Source: a virus
Taxonomy: Duplodnaviria > Caudoviricetes
IMG/VR virus record: IMGVR_UViG_3300035661_000074
Span: 1-57,654 of that record
Strand: one strand, 5' to 3'
Length of the DNA stretch: 57,654 bases
The position numbers and the translations under genes were made by a program. Under the pieces are notes generated by a model. The model was given only the letters and a program-made list of their open reading frames with translations. It searched no databases and was not told the DNA's origin. Positions 1-9,215 of this stretch are shown in pieces; the first letter of the stretch is position 1; every line of letters starts with the position of its first letter.

Positions 1-592
1 CCGACCGCGACATGCTTGTGCTTATGGCCTGCACGACTTCGGCCTGCAATGTGTCGGAGAAAGACCCAAACAATCCCGCTGGCCCGTGGACCGTTGTCAC
101 GCAGATCAACAAGCCGACGCTGACCAGTGAATTCGCGGGCGGCTCGACGCTGTCGTGGTCCGCGCGGCGTCATGCCTTCATCGTGTTCGCGGGCAACGCG
201 AACAATCCTCGGGTGTACGAACTCAAGTCGACTGGCGTGCTGCAGGATACCTGGACGCTGCTAACCGACCCGTCGAGCGTCGCGCCTATCGCGGTCTCGC
301 AGAATGGTTTGTTCGGTAAGTTCCAGGTCGTGCCGACTGACACCGCCGAAGTGCTGATCGGCACCACCGGCCTGACTGGCGGTGTATGGGGATTCCGTCT
401 CCCCGGCACCGAACTCGTGCGCCTGCCGTGTTCCAGCCCCGGCGTGTTTGTGTGCGAGTCGTTCACCGGCTCGACCAGCGGAAAGCTCATCGCCAGCATG
501 TCGGGCTCTGGTGTGCGGCCCGAAGTGAAGAACGGCGCGCTGCAATTCACGATACCGGCACTCTCCGGCGCTGATGCTGGCGGGCATTTCGA
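1..592. repeat. Left copy of imperfect terminal overlap (circularisation overlap carrying two alleles)
   Basis: Aligns without gaps to 57063-57654. I count 22 substitutions, all within 127-465; the first 126 and last 127 nt are identical. Confidence 0.95.
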
Positions 593-1187
593 GACCACGT
601 TCCCCGCGGTCGGCGAGGGCGGCACGATTGCGTGGTCATACCGCGTCAAGACCGATGCGGCAGCTGCAGCGTTGCCGGGCCGCAAGGAGTTCACGGTGTG
701 GCGCGGTTCTCTGCCCTGTACCGACCTCGAACTGACCCTGACGCACGATCCATCACATCTACCGCTCAACGTGCTCTACACGGCATGCGGCGCGCGTGGT
801 TTCAGTCTGCCATTGGCCGGCTCTGACAAGCTCTATCACTTCCCCGACTTCGATTGCCACTATCTCGCGGTGCGCACCGGCGATTTGTCCAAGTGCGCGG
901 TGACCACGCCCGATGTCTGGCTCGATTACTACTTTGAGCTAACCATCGGGCATTTCGGGCAAGCCGATAGCCGACTCGTCGCATGGCAGCACATTCCCGG
1001 CCAACCGTGGCGCCGATTCGTTGAGCGCAATGACGCACAGATCAATGGCGATGGTGGCCTCGACCACTTCATGCTGACGGTCTATATGACCGGCAAAGAT
1101 GCGACCGTCGCCAACCCGGCCGGCACTGTCCAATACGACAACCTGGTGCTGAGCACCAAGCCGTTCTTCGCGGATCTCAAGGGCTGA
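12..1187 (+). CDS. C-terminal part of the gene starting at 56222 (about 675 aa across the join); ends in a ConA/polysaccharide-lyase-like jelly-roll domain
   Basis: Met at 12 corresponds to 57074, in frame with the ATG at 56222 (852 nt). C-terminal motifs WSYRVKTD, WLDYYFELT, LVAWQ and VQYDNLVLS resemble lectin/PL jelly rolls. Confidence 0.7.
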   Translation: MLVLMACTTSACNVSEKDPNNPAGPWTVVTQINKPTLTSEFAGGSTLSWSARRHAFIVFAGNANNPRVYELKSTGVLQDTWTLLTDPSSVAPIAVSQNGLFGKFQVVPTDTAEVLIGTTGLTGGVWGFRLPGTELVRLPCSSPGVFVCESFTGSTSGKLIASMSGSGVRPEVKNGALQFTIPALSGADAGGHFETTFPAVGEGGTIAWSYRVKTDAAAAALPGRKEFTVWRGSLPCTDLELTLTHDPSHLPLNVLYTACGARGFSLPLAGSDKLYHFPDFDCHYLAVRTGDLSKCAVTTPDVWLDYYFELTIGHFGQADSRLVAWQHIPGQPWRRFVERNDAQINGDGGLDHFMLTVYMTGKDATVANPAGTVQYDNLVLSTKPFFADLKG

Positions 1188-1190
1188 TCT

Positions 1191-1622
1191 GTGACCGACA
1201 ATGTCGCCCTAAATCCAGGCGCGGGTGGCGCAACCCTCGCAACTGATGAAATTGGGGGCGTCCACTATCAGATCCTCAAGCTGGCCTTCGGCGCGCTGGA
1301 TACAGCGACCCTGGTCAGCGCCTCGGCAGGCATGCCGGTGTCTGAAGTCAAGCCTTCGGTTGCGACGCGGACCAGTGTTGCGGGGGCAAATGCCGATACG
1401 TCATTGCTCGCATCGAATGCGACTCGCAAGGGTGCGACGGTCTACAACGATTCGAGTGTGGTGCTGTATCTCGCGCTTGGCGCGGCGGCCGCATCGATCA
1501 CAGACTATACCGTGCAAGTGCAGTCCAATGGATACTATGAAGTGCCATCCAGCTATACCGGCGAGATCCGTGGGATCTGGGCCTCGGCGACCGGCAACGC
1601 GCGCATTACTGAACTGACCTGA
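1191..1622 (+). CDS. Small putative virion structural protein (beta-rich)
   Basis: 143-aa ORF with good codon usage, tightly coupled to its neighbours. The C-terminal RKGATVYNDS..LYLALG..YEVP..YTGEIRGIW pattern is typical of small phage beta-sandwich proteins. Confidence 0.65.
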   Translation: MTDNVALNPGAGGATLATDEIGGVHYQILKLAFGALDTATLVSASAGMPVSEVKPSVATRTSVAGANADTSLLASNATRKGATVYNDSSVVLYLALGAAAASITDYTVQVQSNGYYEVPSSYTGEIRGIWASATGNARITELT

Positions 1623-3604
1623 TGCTGACCTATCCCGCGATCACCGTTCTACCTGGCGGCAACACCGCAGGCGCGAACGCCGCTATATCGAGCGGCACGT
1701 TCGTGCTGGCTGGTGGCAACAACATCACCCTCAGCCAAAACGGCAATACGGTCTCGGTCGTAGGCGGAGCGGGCGGCGCCGGTGACGGACTCAATCGCAT
1801 TTCAGCGGGGACGCAGATAGCCGACACACTGGCCACGGTCTCATTCGCCAACGCGAATGGCGTGAGTTTCGGCCTGTCGAATTCGAGCGTAATGACAGCG
1901 TCTCACAATGGCCTGACGACAGCCCGCGCCTCGAACGACGCGGTGGGTCTCAATACCGCCCAGTCCAACGTCACCTGGACCGTCAATAGCGGCGGCGTCA
2001 GCCTTGATGGGCGCGGCTATGCGGGCACGAATACCGGCGCAACCAACGCCTCAGTGACCGTCAATAGTGGCGGCGTTTCATTTGCAGTTGGAAATTACAT
2101 CACCACCGCGCGCGCCAGCAATGATGCGATTGGCCTGGCGACAGCGCAGTCCAACATTACCTGGACGGTGAATAGCGCCGGAATAAGTCTCGACGGTCGG
2201 GGTTATGCCGGCACGGTATCTGGCGGCACGAATGCCACGCTGACCGTCAACAGCAATGGCGTCTCGGTGTCTGTCGCCGCGCAGTCGGCACAGCCCGTCG
2301 CAGCATCTGCCGGCAATGGCTCGGTAGCTTTCAGCACGCTTTCGTTCTCGAACGCCAACGGCATTAGTTTCAGCACGGCTGCCGGTCCGGCTATCGTCGC
2401 GAGCCATAACGGGCTCACGACGGCTCGGGCATCGAATGATGGCATCGGCCTCGCCACGGCTCAGTCGAATGTCACGTGGACGGCGAATAGTGCTGGCCTG
2501 AGCCTTGACGCGCGTAACTATGCTGGCGTCGGCACGTCAGCCACCAATGCGAGCGTCACCCTGAATTCGAATGGCCTTGCGATTTCGGTGGCCGCTCCTG
2601 GTGGCGGCGGCGGCGGCGCCGCAGTGACGGTGAGCGACAGCGCCGGTAGCGGGACAATCGGTCAGCTAGCCTTCACGAACCTCAACGGCATCACGCTTTC
2701 TCTGTCCACTGGCGCTGCAGGCAGTCACACCATCGTCGGCTCGCATAACGCGATCACGACGGGCCGCGCGAGCACCGACGCCCTCGGCCTGAACACCGCG
2801 CAAAGCAATGTGACCTGGACCGCGAACAGTGCCGGGGTATCGCTGGACGCACGTGGCTACGCGGGGACGGGCACCACGTTCAATGGCGCCAACCTGTCCG
2901 GCTCGATGACCGTCAACAGCAACGGTGTGAACCTTTCAGTGAGCGCTGGTGCGCCAACTGCGGCATCTGTTTCTCGCTGGTATCCGGGCAACATCGTTGA
3001 CTATCCCAGCACGGCGCAGGCGAATTCAAACGTCACGGTTGTCCCGTTCATTCTTCCGGTGGCGGTGGTGTTCAGCCAGGTGCGGGCGATAGGCTCGTTC
3101 AGCGTCAGCACCGCAACCAACAACTCATCGGCCTATGTTGACGTCTCGGCGTCCGCGGTGTTCTACAGCCGCAATGGTTCGACACTGAGTTCTATCTTTA
3201 GCGGCAACGGCACACTGACCGCGACGTTTTCGTCGAATGCGACGGGATCGATTACTGGCCCGCAGTTCATCCCGGCCACGTTTGCTCAAACGACCCTGCC
3301 GGCCGGCGAGTACTACATGGCATTCCATGTTTCGACGAACAACACGGCGACGGGTGGAGCGAATACGACGGCGCTGGGCAATACGATGACGATGGGCCTG
3401 AACAATCGCAGCTCATCCGGTGCGGCCATGGCGCGTGGATTTGGTGTAGGAACTGGTGCGACCGGCGGTAACCCGCTGGGCCTTGGCGTGATTTCGACGG
3501 GCGCCACACTGGCGAGCATCCCGTTCAGTTCAATCACTGGCTCTGGCACGCGCAACGTGCTCGCCAATCTCTGGTTCGAACTGGCAAACGCAACGGTATT
3601 CTGA
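1622..3604 (+). CDS. Repeat-rich Gly/Ser/Thr/Asn fibre-like protein (possible head fibre)
   Basis: 660 aa, almost free of charged residues. Four copies of a ~45-aa unit (TTARASNDA.GL.TAQSNVTWT.NS.G.SLD.RGYAG), then a globular C-terminal domain. Confidence 0.7.
   Translation: MLTYPAITVLPGGNTAGANAAISSGTFVLAGGNNITLSQNGNTVSVVGGAGGAGDGLNRISAGTQIADTLATVSFANANGVSFGLSNSSVMTASHNGLTTARASNDAVGLNTAQSNVTWTVNSGGVSLDGRGYAGTNTGATNASVTVNSGGVSFAVGNYITTARASNDAIGLATAQSNITWTVNSAGISLDGRGYAGTVSGGTNATLTVNSNGVSVSVAAQSAQPVAASAGNGSVAFSTLSFSNANGISFSTAAGPAIVASHNGLTTARASNDGIGLATAQSNVTWTANSAGLSLDARNYAGVGTSATNASVTLNSNGLAISVAAPGGGGGGAAVTVSDSAGSGTIGQLAFTNLNGITLSLSTGAAGSHTIVGSHNAITTGRASTDALGLNTAQSNVTWTANSAGVSLDARGYAGTGTTFNGANLSGSMTVNSNGVNLSVSAGAPTAASVSRWYPGNIVDYPSTAQANSNVTVVPFILPVAVVFSQVRAIGSFSVSTATNNSSAYVDVSASAVFYSRNGSTLSSIFSGNGTLTATFSSNATGSITGPQFIPATFAQTTLPAGEYYMAFHVSTNNTATGGANTTALGNTMTMGLNNRSSSGAAMARGFGVGTGATGGNPLGLGVISTGATLASIPFSSITGSGTRNVLANLWFELANATVF
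1900..2875 (+). repeat. Four degenerate intragenic ~45-aa repeats
   Basis: The AQSN(V/I)TWT(V/A)NS..SLD(G/A)R.YAG unit is visible four times in the translation. Confidence 0.85.
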
Positions 3605-4320
3605 TGAAGCCTGAACTGGTCATCCAAGACTTCTCGGGCGCTCACAACGCAGACCTCGCGGTATCTGGCGCGCGCTTGATGAAGGGTGGCACGTGGAAGC
3701 GGCAACGCATCGTGGTCATCCTTCCGGCGGCCGACATGATCCCGGCAAAGGTCGCACTCACCCATTGGAATCTCGGTTTCCCACCGAACAACGGGGTGCT
3801 GCGCATCCTCGCGGTGGGGCAAGAAGTCGGTGACGCCTACAACAACGCCATCAGTAGCGTGCTGGCGCACCCAGAACTGAGTCAGTGGGAATACATCCTG
3901 ACCCTTGAACATGACAACACGCCGCCCTCGGATGGCGTGTTCAAGCTGCTTGAGCGGATGGAAGCCCACCCCGAATTCGCCTGCATCGGCGGGCTCTACT
4001 GGACAAAGGGAGAAGGCGGATGTGCGCAAATATGGGGCGATCCTCGCGATCCGATTTTGAATTTCCGTCCGCAACCGCCCGACCTGAATGGCGGGCTGGT
4101 CGAATGTTGCGGGACCGGGATGGGGTTCAACCTGTTCCGGCTCTCGATGTTCAAGGACGACCGGCTGCGCAAGCCGTGGTTCGTGACGGAGAAGACGAAT
4201 GGGGTCAGTACGCAGGATCTGTATTTCTGGACTGACGCGCGCAAGTACGGATACCGCTGCGCCATCGATTGCGGCGTCAAAGTAGGCCATTACGATCATC
4301 AAAGCGGGGTCAACTGGTGA
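3604..4320 (+). CDS. GT-A fold glycosyltransferase (GT2-like)
   Basis: EYILTLEHDN (DxD-like position), IGGLYWTK, CGTGMGFNL, QDLYFW..ARKYGYR..IDCGVKVGH; typical of phage GT2-like enzymes. Confidence 0.8.
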   Translation: MKPELVIQDFSGAHNADLAVSGARLMKGGTWKRQRIVVILPAADMIPAKVALTHWNLGFPPNNGVLRILAVGQEVGDAYNNAISSVLAHPELSQWEYILTLEHDNTPPSDGVFKLLERMEAHPEFACIGGLYWTKGEGGCAQIWGDPRDPILNFRPQPPDLNGGLVECCGTGMGFNLFRLSMFKDDRLRKPWFVTEKTNGVSTQDLYFWTDARKYGYRCAIDCGVKVGHYDHQSGVNW

Positions 4321-4826
4321 AACTGGATCTGGGCTGCGGCCCCAACAAGCGCGAAGGATTCATCGGCGTCGACAGTCGCAAGTTTCCTGGCGTCGACAAG
4401 GTGGTCAACCTCGGCACGTCGAGGTGGCCATGGAAAGCCAATAGCATCGAAGAATCCCACAGCTCGCACATGGTCGAGCATCTGAATGCAGCCGAGCGAA
4501 TCCATTTCGTCAACGAACTGCATCGCGTGCTGGTTCCGGGCGGTAAGTGCACACTCATCGTGCCGCACTGGGCATCATGCCGAGCCTACGGTGATCTGAC
4601 GCACCAATGGCCGCCCGTCTCTGAATTCTGGTTCTACTATCTTGGCAAGGATTGGCGCGCAGCCAATGCGCCTCACAACGACGGCTACACCTGCGACTTC
4701 GATGCGACATGGGGTTACACACTCCACCAGGAGATAGCCGCTCGCAATCAGGAATACCAAATCCATGCGATGAACTTCTTCAAGGAAGCCGCGCAGGACA
4801 TCGTCGCCACTCTCACGAAGAAGTAA
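4317..4826 (+). CDS. Class I SAM-dependent methyltransferase (Methyltransf_11-like)
   Basis: GTG start overlapping the GT stop. Motifs KLDLGCG, SSHMVEHL and ELHRVLVPGG..LIVPHW. Confidence 0.88.
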   Translation: MKLDLGCGPNKREGFIGVDSRKFPGVDKVVNLGTSRWPWKANSIEESHSSHMVEHLNAAERIHFVNELHRVLVPGGKCTLIVPHWASCRAYGDLTHQWPPVSEFWFYYLGKDWRAANAPHNDGYTCDFDATWGYTLHQEIAARNQEYQIHAMNFFKEAAQDIVATLTKK

Positions 4827-4829
4827 TAC

Positions 4830-5309
4830 ATGCTCGCGTGGGCGCTAAACCTCGGCTTCGCAGCAAGCGACGCCGCGGTTGCGCCTGTCGTCGCACTGGG
4901 TGCCAGCCCCGACCGCGCCTCTCGATCGCGTCATGCGATTGAACTGGATGCCGAGCGCGAACGCACCGAGCAGGAAGACCATCTCGCGGCCCACAAGAAG
5001 GCCATCGAGCAGCAGCGGCCGAAGCCGGTCGCTATCGAGAAACCGGCCAAGCCGGAAATTGAAGCGCCGTATCGATACGGGTCGGAAATACCCGTCACGA
5101 TTTCGAAGGGCGCAGCCATCAAGCCGGTGGACGCCGCCAAACAGGCGCCCTCGCAAACAGATGAAACCCTGGCCGAAGACGTCGCGAAACTACGCGCCGC
5201 GCTTGAGGCCACCGTCGGCGCACTGACCGATGCCGTCGAAGCCCAGCACCTGAAACAGCAACAGCGGCGCCGCGTGGCGCTCGCCCTCATTCTCGCAGCA
5301 GCAGCTTAG
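4830..5309 (+). CDS. Hypothetical protein
   Basis: 159-aa ORF in operon context, ending in a basic then hydrophobic tail (RRRVALALILAAAA). Confidence 0.6.
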   Translation: MLAWALNLGFAASDAAVAPVVALGASPDRASRSRHAIELDAERERTEQEDHLAAHKKAIEQQRPKPVAIEKPAKPEIEAPYRYGSEIPVTISKGAAIKPVDAAKQAPSQTDETLAEDVAKLRAALEATVGALTDAVEAQHLKQQQRRRVALALILAAAA

Positions 5310-5317
5310 GAGTTCTC

Positions 5318-5896
5318 ATGTTGAAGAAGTTGAAAGCCGTCATTGTCGGCACGGTCGCCTTGTGCCTGAAAACCGTGGCGGTCATCGCTTTCCTGGTCGC
5401 CATCACCGTGGCCATGTTGCTTGCGCCGCGCTTCATGCCGGTGCCGAACGCCTGGGCCGAGTATTCGAGTGGCGCAATCAAGGCGCTGAGTTCTCTCACT
5501 GGGCAGCCCGAGAACATCTTGAGTTCGAACGGCGCGCTATACGCCTTTGGGCAGCTTCTTTCCTACGAAGACACCATCAACAGCGTGGGGCGTGTCGAGA
5601 CACAGATGGGGAACGCCACCTGCTCTGCGGTGACTGCGGACTTGCAATGTAAGTCTGGACAAACTTTTCTGAATACCGTGACGTTCTCGCAAACATCGTC
5701 GGCGGCGCCGGTTGCGGGAGTGCTGACTATTTATGACAGCCTGACGGAAACCGGCACGGTTATATGGTCCGGCTATTTCAGCACAGCGGTCCTTGTGCCG
5801 TTCACTATTACGCTTAATCGAGTCGCGACGACGGGCATTTATGTCGGGTATGACGGCACGCTTTCGGGCATTAAAACATCGGTGAGTTCTCGCTGA
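5318..5896 (+). CDS. Hypothetical protein with N-terminal membrane anchor or signal peptide
   Basis: AGGAG RBS. Basic N-terminus, long hydrophobic stretch, AWA cleavage-like motif; beta-rich C-terminus. Confidence 0.7.
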   Translation: MLKKLKAVIVGTVALCLKTVAVIAFLVAITVAMLLAPRFMPVPNAWAEYSSGAIKALSSLTGQPENILSSNGALYAFGQLLSYEDTINSVGRVETQMGNATCSAVTADLQCKSGQTFLNTVTFSQTSSAAPVAGVLTIYDSLTETGTVIWSGYFSTAVLVPFTITLNRVATTGIYVGYDGTLSGIKTSVSSR

Positions 5897-8007
5897 TGCG
5901 CGCTCTACTCCTATTGCTGTGCCTGCTGAGTTCGCAGGCGTGGGCGGCGTCGTATCACGTTTGTCCGCGCGTCGATGAGTTCGGTATAGCGCTTACCTAC
6001 GGCAGTGGAAACGGAAGTAGCCAGGCTAATTGCTATATCGGTTTCTCTGCTGCCGCCGCTGCCGGTGTTGTAACGGCTGGTGATACGGTTTACGCGCACG
6101 GAACCTTCTATGACGAGAACGGTTATGCCTGGGTTTCTGGCGCGTCTAACGTATCTCGCGTTACCTACGATCTCAGCGATGCTATTTTCTGGCGTAGTGC
6201 CAACGTATCAGGGCTGTACACGACTGCCACAACCACGCCGTTTGGACAAGCAACTAACGGTTCAGGCGGATGGCGCAATGTAAGCGGCGACCTTTGGAAA
6301 AAGGGCGTTGGTGTTGGGCCGTATAAAATGTGGGTCGGTGGTATCGAGGTGCCGTTCGCCAACCCAATCCCGGCCACTCAAGACGATGCAGGCATCACGG
6401 CGGTTATCTCAACAGGACAATTTGCGTCTACCACGACAGCGCTCGATGGCTACCCGAAAACCCTTTATTACAAGGGCACGTTGTCAACAAACATGCGCGT
6501 CAACATTCAGTCGCAAACCTCTGAGATAAATTCTCTAGGTGGATTCGTTGTTGACGGCAAGAGTTACGTGACTCTGACGAGCCCTAAAATTCGAGGGTAC
6601 AGAACAAACGTGCTGGAACTCGGCGGTCTGTTCATCCAGAACTGCACTAGCTGTATCGTCACCGACCCCGTTGTCTATGAAGGCAATATCGGGATCAAGA
6701 TCCAGAACAATACGGACCTCAGCATTTCTGGATCTAGCTGCTATATACACGACAATTACGGTGGCGGGATCAATCTCGGTGGGCAGCGCGAAATGTCCAC
6801 TGGGACATCATTCGTTTTCATATCTGCCATCACGAACGTAGCCGGCACCACGCCAGGCGGGAAGATCACAACCCTTGCGGCGCATGGGCTTTCTAACGGC
6901 GAGAAGGTAATTATTCAGGGCGTGTCTGGCATGACCGGCATCAATAGCAGTTCTATTGAGCGCACAGTGACGGTTGTCGATGGGACCAACTTCACTATAG
7001 CCACTGATACGAGCGCCATGGGCACTTATACCTCGGGCGGGCAGCTATGGGTGCAGCGCACTGACTCCAACACAACCGTCAAAGATTGTCTCGTTCAAAA
7101 CAATGGAAATGGACCTGTCTATAACAGCCTAACGATTAACTGGTCAGCAGATTGTGATGGTTTTGGTATCGGGTATTTAGGCGGGACAGTATCGAACGTC
7201 ACTATCAGGGGTAATAAATTTTGGGGGAATGGCCCGACTCGCGCGCCCTACGCAGGAGAAACAGGAACAGTTGAACGAGGTTCAGGGATATTAATCGGAA
7301 CGTCTTTCACCATGGACGTGACAGCGACAATTGATGGAAATGACTTCCTGCTCAACCATCGCTACAACGCAACCATAGACGACACGAGCCGCGCTGTTAT
7401 AAGTGGGAATACGTTTCGTGGCACGCGGATGTTTACCACTTCCAGCACCAAGGCTCAATTGCGGCTGTCCACTTCGCCGGCTACATCCACGCGATATGTG
7501 ATCGGCAACCTGTTCACCGGGAGTTCGTCGGTCGCCGCGTTACGGGCAGAAACAAGCTCGGCAGGCATTACGGCCTATATTTTCAATAACATTTTCGCAA
7601 ACCTAGAACTTAACTCTGGAACAGACAGCGCCACATGGAGCGGAGTTATCGACCAAAACAGTACCACTGGGTCGGTTATTGAGGGCAGCAATATCTTCTA
7701 CAACACGCCAGCGAATCTCTACATGCGCGTGGGGACGCCTCATACAACGGTGGCCTCGTGGGCTGCGGCGAGCGGGCAAGGGGTGGGCAGTGCTGTTCAA
7801 GATCCATCATTCGTCGGCGGCACTAGCCCAACCGAAGTTAAAGGATTCAAGCTGACTTCCAGCTCAACTCTTCGTCGTGCCGGCAAAGATATTGCCATCG
7901 GTAATGTCCAGGATGCAGGCAACCGCGCTTTCCTCCACCCGCCTTCAATAGGCGTATGGGAATCAACTAGCGGAGACGCAGCGCCAACTCGCACGCGCCG
8001 CCCCTAA
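5896..8007 (+). CDS. Right-handed parallel beta-helix protein (pectin-lyase/depolymerase-like) with signal peptide
   Basis: Sec-type leader MRALLLLLCLLSSQAWA|AS. Repeated beta-helix motifs (IRGNKFWGN, IDGNDFLLN, ISGNTFRG, IFNNIFAN) and C-terminal DPSF..FKL..SS..IGVWE. Visibly lower GC3 than flanking genes. Confidence 0.75.
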   Translation: MRALLLLLCLLSSQAWAASYHVCPRVDEFGIALTYGSGNGSSQANCYIGFSAAAAAGVVTAGDTVYAHGTFYDENGYAWVSGASNVSRVTYDLSDAIFWRSANVSGLYTTATTTPFGQATNGSGGWRNVSGDLWKKGVGVGPYKMWVGGIEVPFANPIPATQDDAGITAVISTGQFASTTTALDGYPKTLYYKGTLSTNMRVNIQSQTSEINSLGGFVVDGKSYVTLTSPKIRGYRTNVLELGGLFIQNCTSCIVTDPVVYEGNIGIKIQNNTDLSISGSSCYIHDNYGGGINLGGQREMSTGTSFVFISAITNVAGTTPGGKITTLAAHGLSNGEKVIIQGVSGMTGINSSSIERTVTVVDGTNFTIATDTSAMGTYTSGGQLWVQRTDSNTTVKDCLVQNNGNGPVYNSLTINWSADCDGFGIGYLGGTVSNVTIRGNKFWGNGPTRAPYAGETGTVERGSGILIGTSFTMDVTATIDGNDFLLNHRYNATIDDTSRAVISGNTFRGTRMFTTSSTKAQLRLSTSPATSTRYVIGNLFTGSSSVAALRAETSSAGITAYIFNNIFANLELNSGTDSATWSGVIDQNSTTGSVIEGSNIFYNTPANLYMRVGTPHTTVASWAAASGQGVGSAVQDPSFVGGTSPTEVKGFKLTSSSTLRRAGKDIAIGNVQDAGNRAFLHPPSIGVWESTSGDAAPTRTRRP

Positions 8008-8076
8008 TCAGTTTCGCCCCAGGAGAGCGGATCTCCTGAAACCCTCGCCCGTTCAGAGCGCATCTGAGCAAAACAC

Positions 8077-8098
8077 AACCGCCTAGAGGGCGGTTTTT
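8077..8098 (+). terminator. Rho-independent terminator
   Basis: AACCGCC-tagag-GGCGGTT followed by a T run. Confidence 0.7.
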
Positions 8099-8132
8099 CA
8101 TGCCTGCTGAAAAGCGGGCCAGGAGTGATTGC

Positions 8133-9143
8133 ATGAGTGCAACGGCTGAAAACGTCTTTCTCGACCCGGCAACCCTCGACTTCAATTCCCCGGAATTCGC
8201 GAAGTTCTTGGAACTACCGGACATCGACGCAGACGCGACCAGTACATCTGCTTCGAGTGACACCACTGAACAGGACGAACAAGGCGCGAATACGTCCGGC
8301 GCTGTGGATACCACGACCGAGCAGCGGCTTCCGATAGCGAACCGGAGCAACACGGGCACCATCCCGTATGGCGTGCTGGAAGGCACCCGTCACGAGCTGG
8401 CTTCTACCAAGGATCAGCTGAATGACGCCCTTACTAAGCTACGTGAACTCGAAAGCGCCAAGCCGGGCGCGGTAGAAGTACCGAAACCCGGCGAGGTTAT
8501 CGAGGCGGAGATTGAGGGTGCGCAGGCGCAAGCCGACGAACTCGAAGTTATCGCCACGTCTATGGAAGAGGACTTCCCTGAATTTGGGAAGGCCGTTCGT
8601 ACCATTGTTTCGCGGTTTGAAACGCAGATCGGCGCGCTCAACAAGCGCCTCGAAGATACCGCGCGCGTCACCAACCAGGTGCAGCGCGAGCGCGTGAAGA
8701 CCGAAGAGCAGTTGGTGCAAGACGCCGTCGACGCGAACTCCTACCTGTCGGCATGGGCCAATGGGGGTGATGTCGAAGCCTGGAACCTCGCTTATGAGCA
8801 CGATCAGAAGCTGATGTCCGATCCGAAGTGGGCCGGAAAACCGTATGCGGAGCGATTCGCGAAGGCCGTCCAGTACACGCTGGTCGATAAGCCAGACGCC
8901 AAAAAGCCCGAAGCACAACCCAAGCAATCCACCTCCGCCACGGAGGACGCTGATGCAGATGCACGTGTGACTGCCGCTCTCAAAGCCGCAGACAAATTCG
9001 TGCCGAAATCTCTCTCACACATCCCGTCTGGCGAGTCGCCTGCGCCCAATGAGCTGAGCAACCTATCGGTCACTCAGCTTGAAGCACAGATGGCCAACAT
9101 GACGCCCGACCAAATCGGGTTGATGCTGTCGAGAGTCGGCTAA
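8133..9143 (+). CDS. Capsid scaffolding protein
   Basis: Acidic coiled-coil protein directly upstream of the capsid gene. AGGAG RBS before the ATG at 8133; IPYGVLE motif. Confidence 0.75.
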   Translation: MSATAENVFLDPATLDFNSPEFAKFLELPDIDADATSTSASSDTTEQDEQGANTSGAVDTTTEQRLPIANRSNTGTIPYGVLEGTRHELASTKDQLNDALTKLRELESAKPGAVEVPKPGEVIEAEIEGAQAQADELEVIATSMEEDFPEFGKAVRTIVSRFETQIGALNKRLEDTARVTNQVQRERVKTEEQLVQDAVDANSYLSAWANGGDVEAWNLAYEHDQKLMSDPKWAGKPYAERFAKAVQYTLVDKPDAKKPEAQPKQSTSATEDADADARVTAALKAADKFVPKSLSHIPSGESPAPNELSNLSVTQLEAQMANMTPDQIGLMLSRVG

Positions 9144-9174
9144 CGCCGAGCCTCAGTGCCTCCTACCAAAAACC

Positions 9175-9195
9175 AACCGCCTTCGGGCGGTTTTT
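9175..9195 (+). terminator. Terminator-like hairpin between scaffold and capsid genes
   Basis: AACCGCC-ttcg-GGCGGTT-TTT. Confidence 0.65.
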
Positions 9196-9215
9196 GCGTT
9201 TCTAGGAGAGCTTAA

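Noticed and set aside
1-592. Diversity-generating retroelement VR/TR pair
   Set aside because: No reverse transcriptase is recognisable, and the differences are mostly synonymous and not confined to adenines.
12-1187. Independent 391-aa lipoprotein starting at nt 12
   Set aside because: That Met is internal to the gene starting at 56222.
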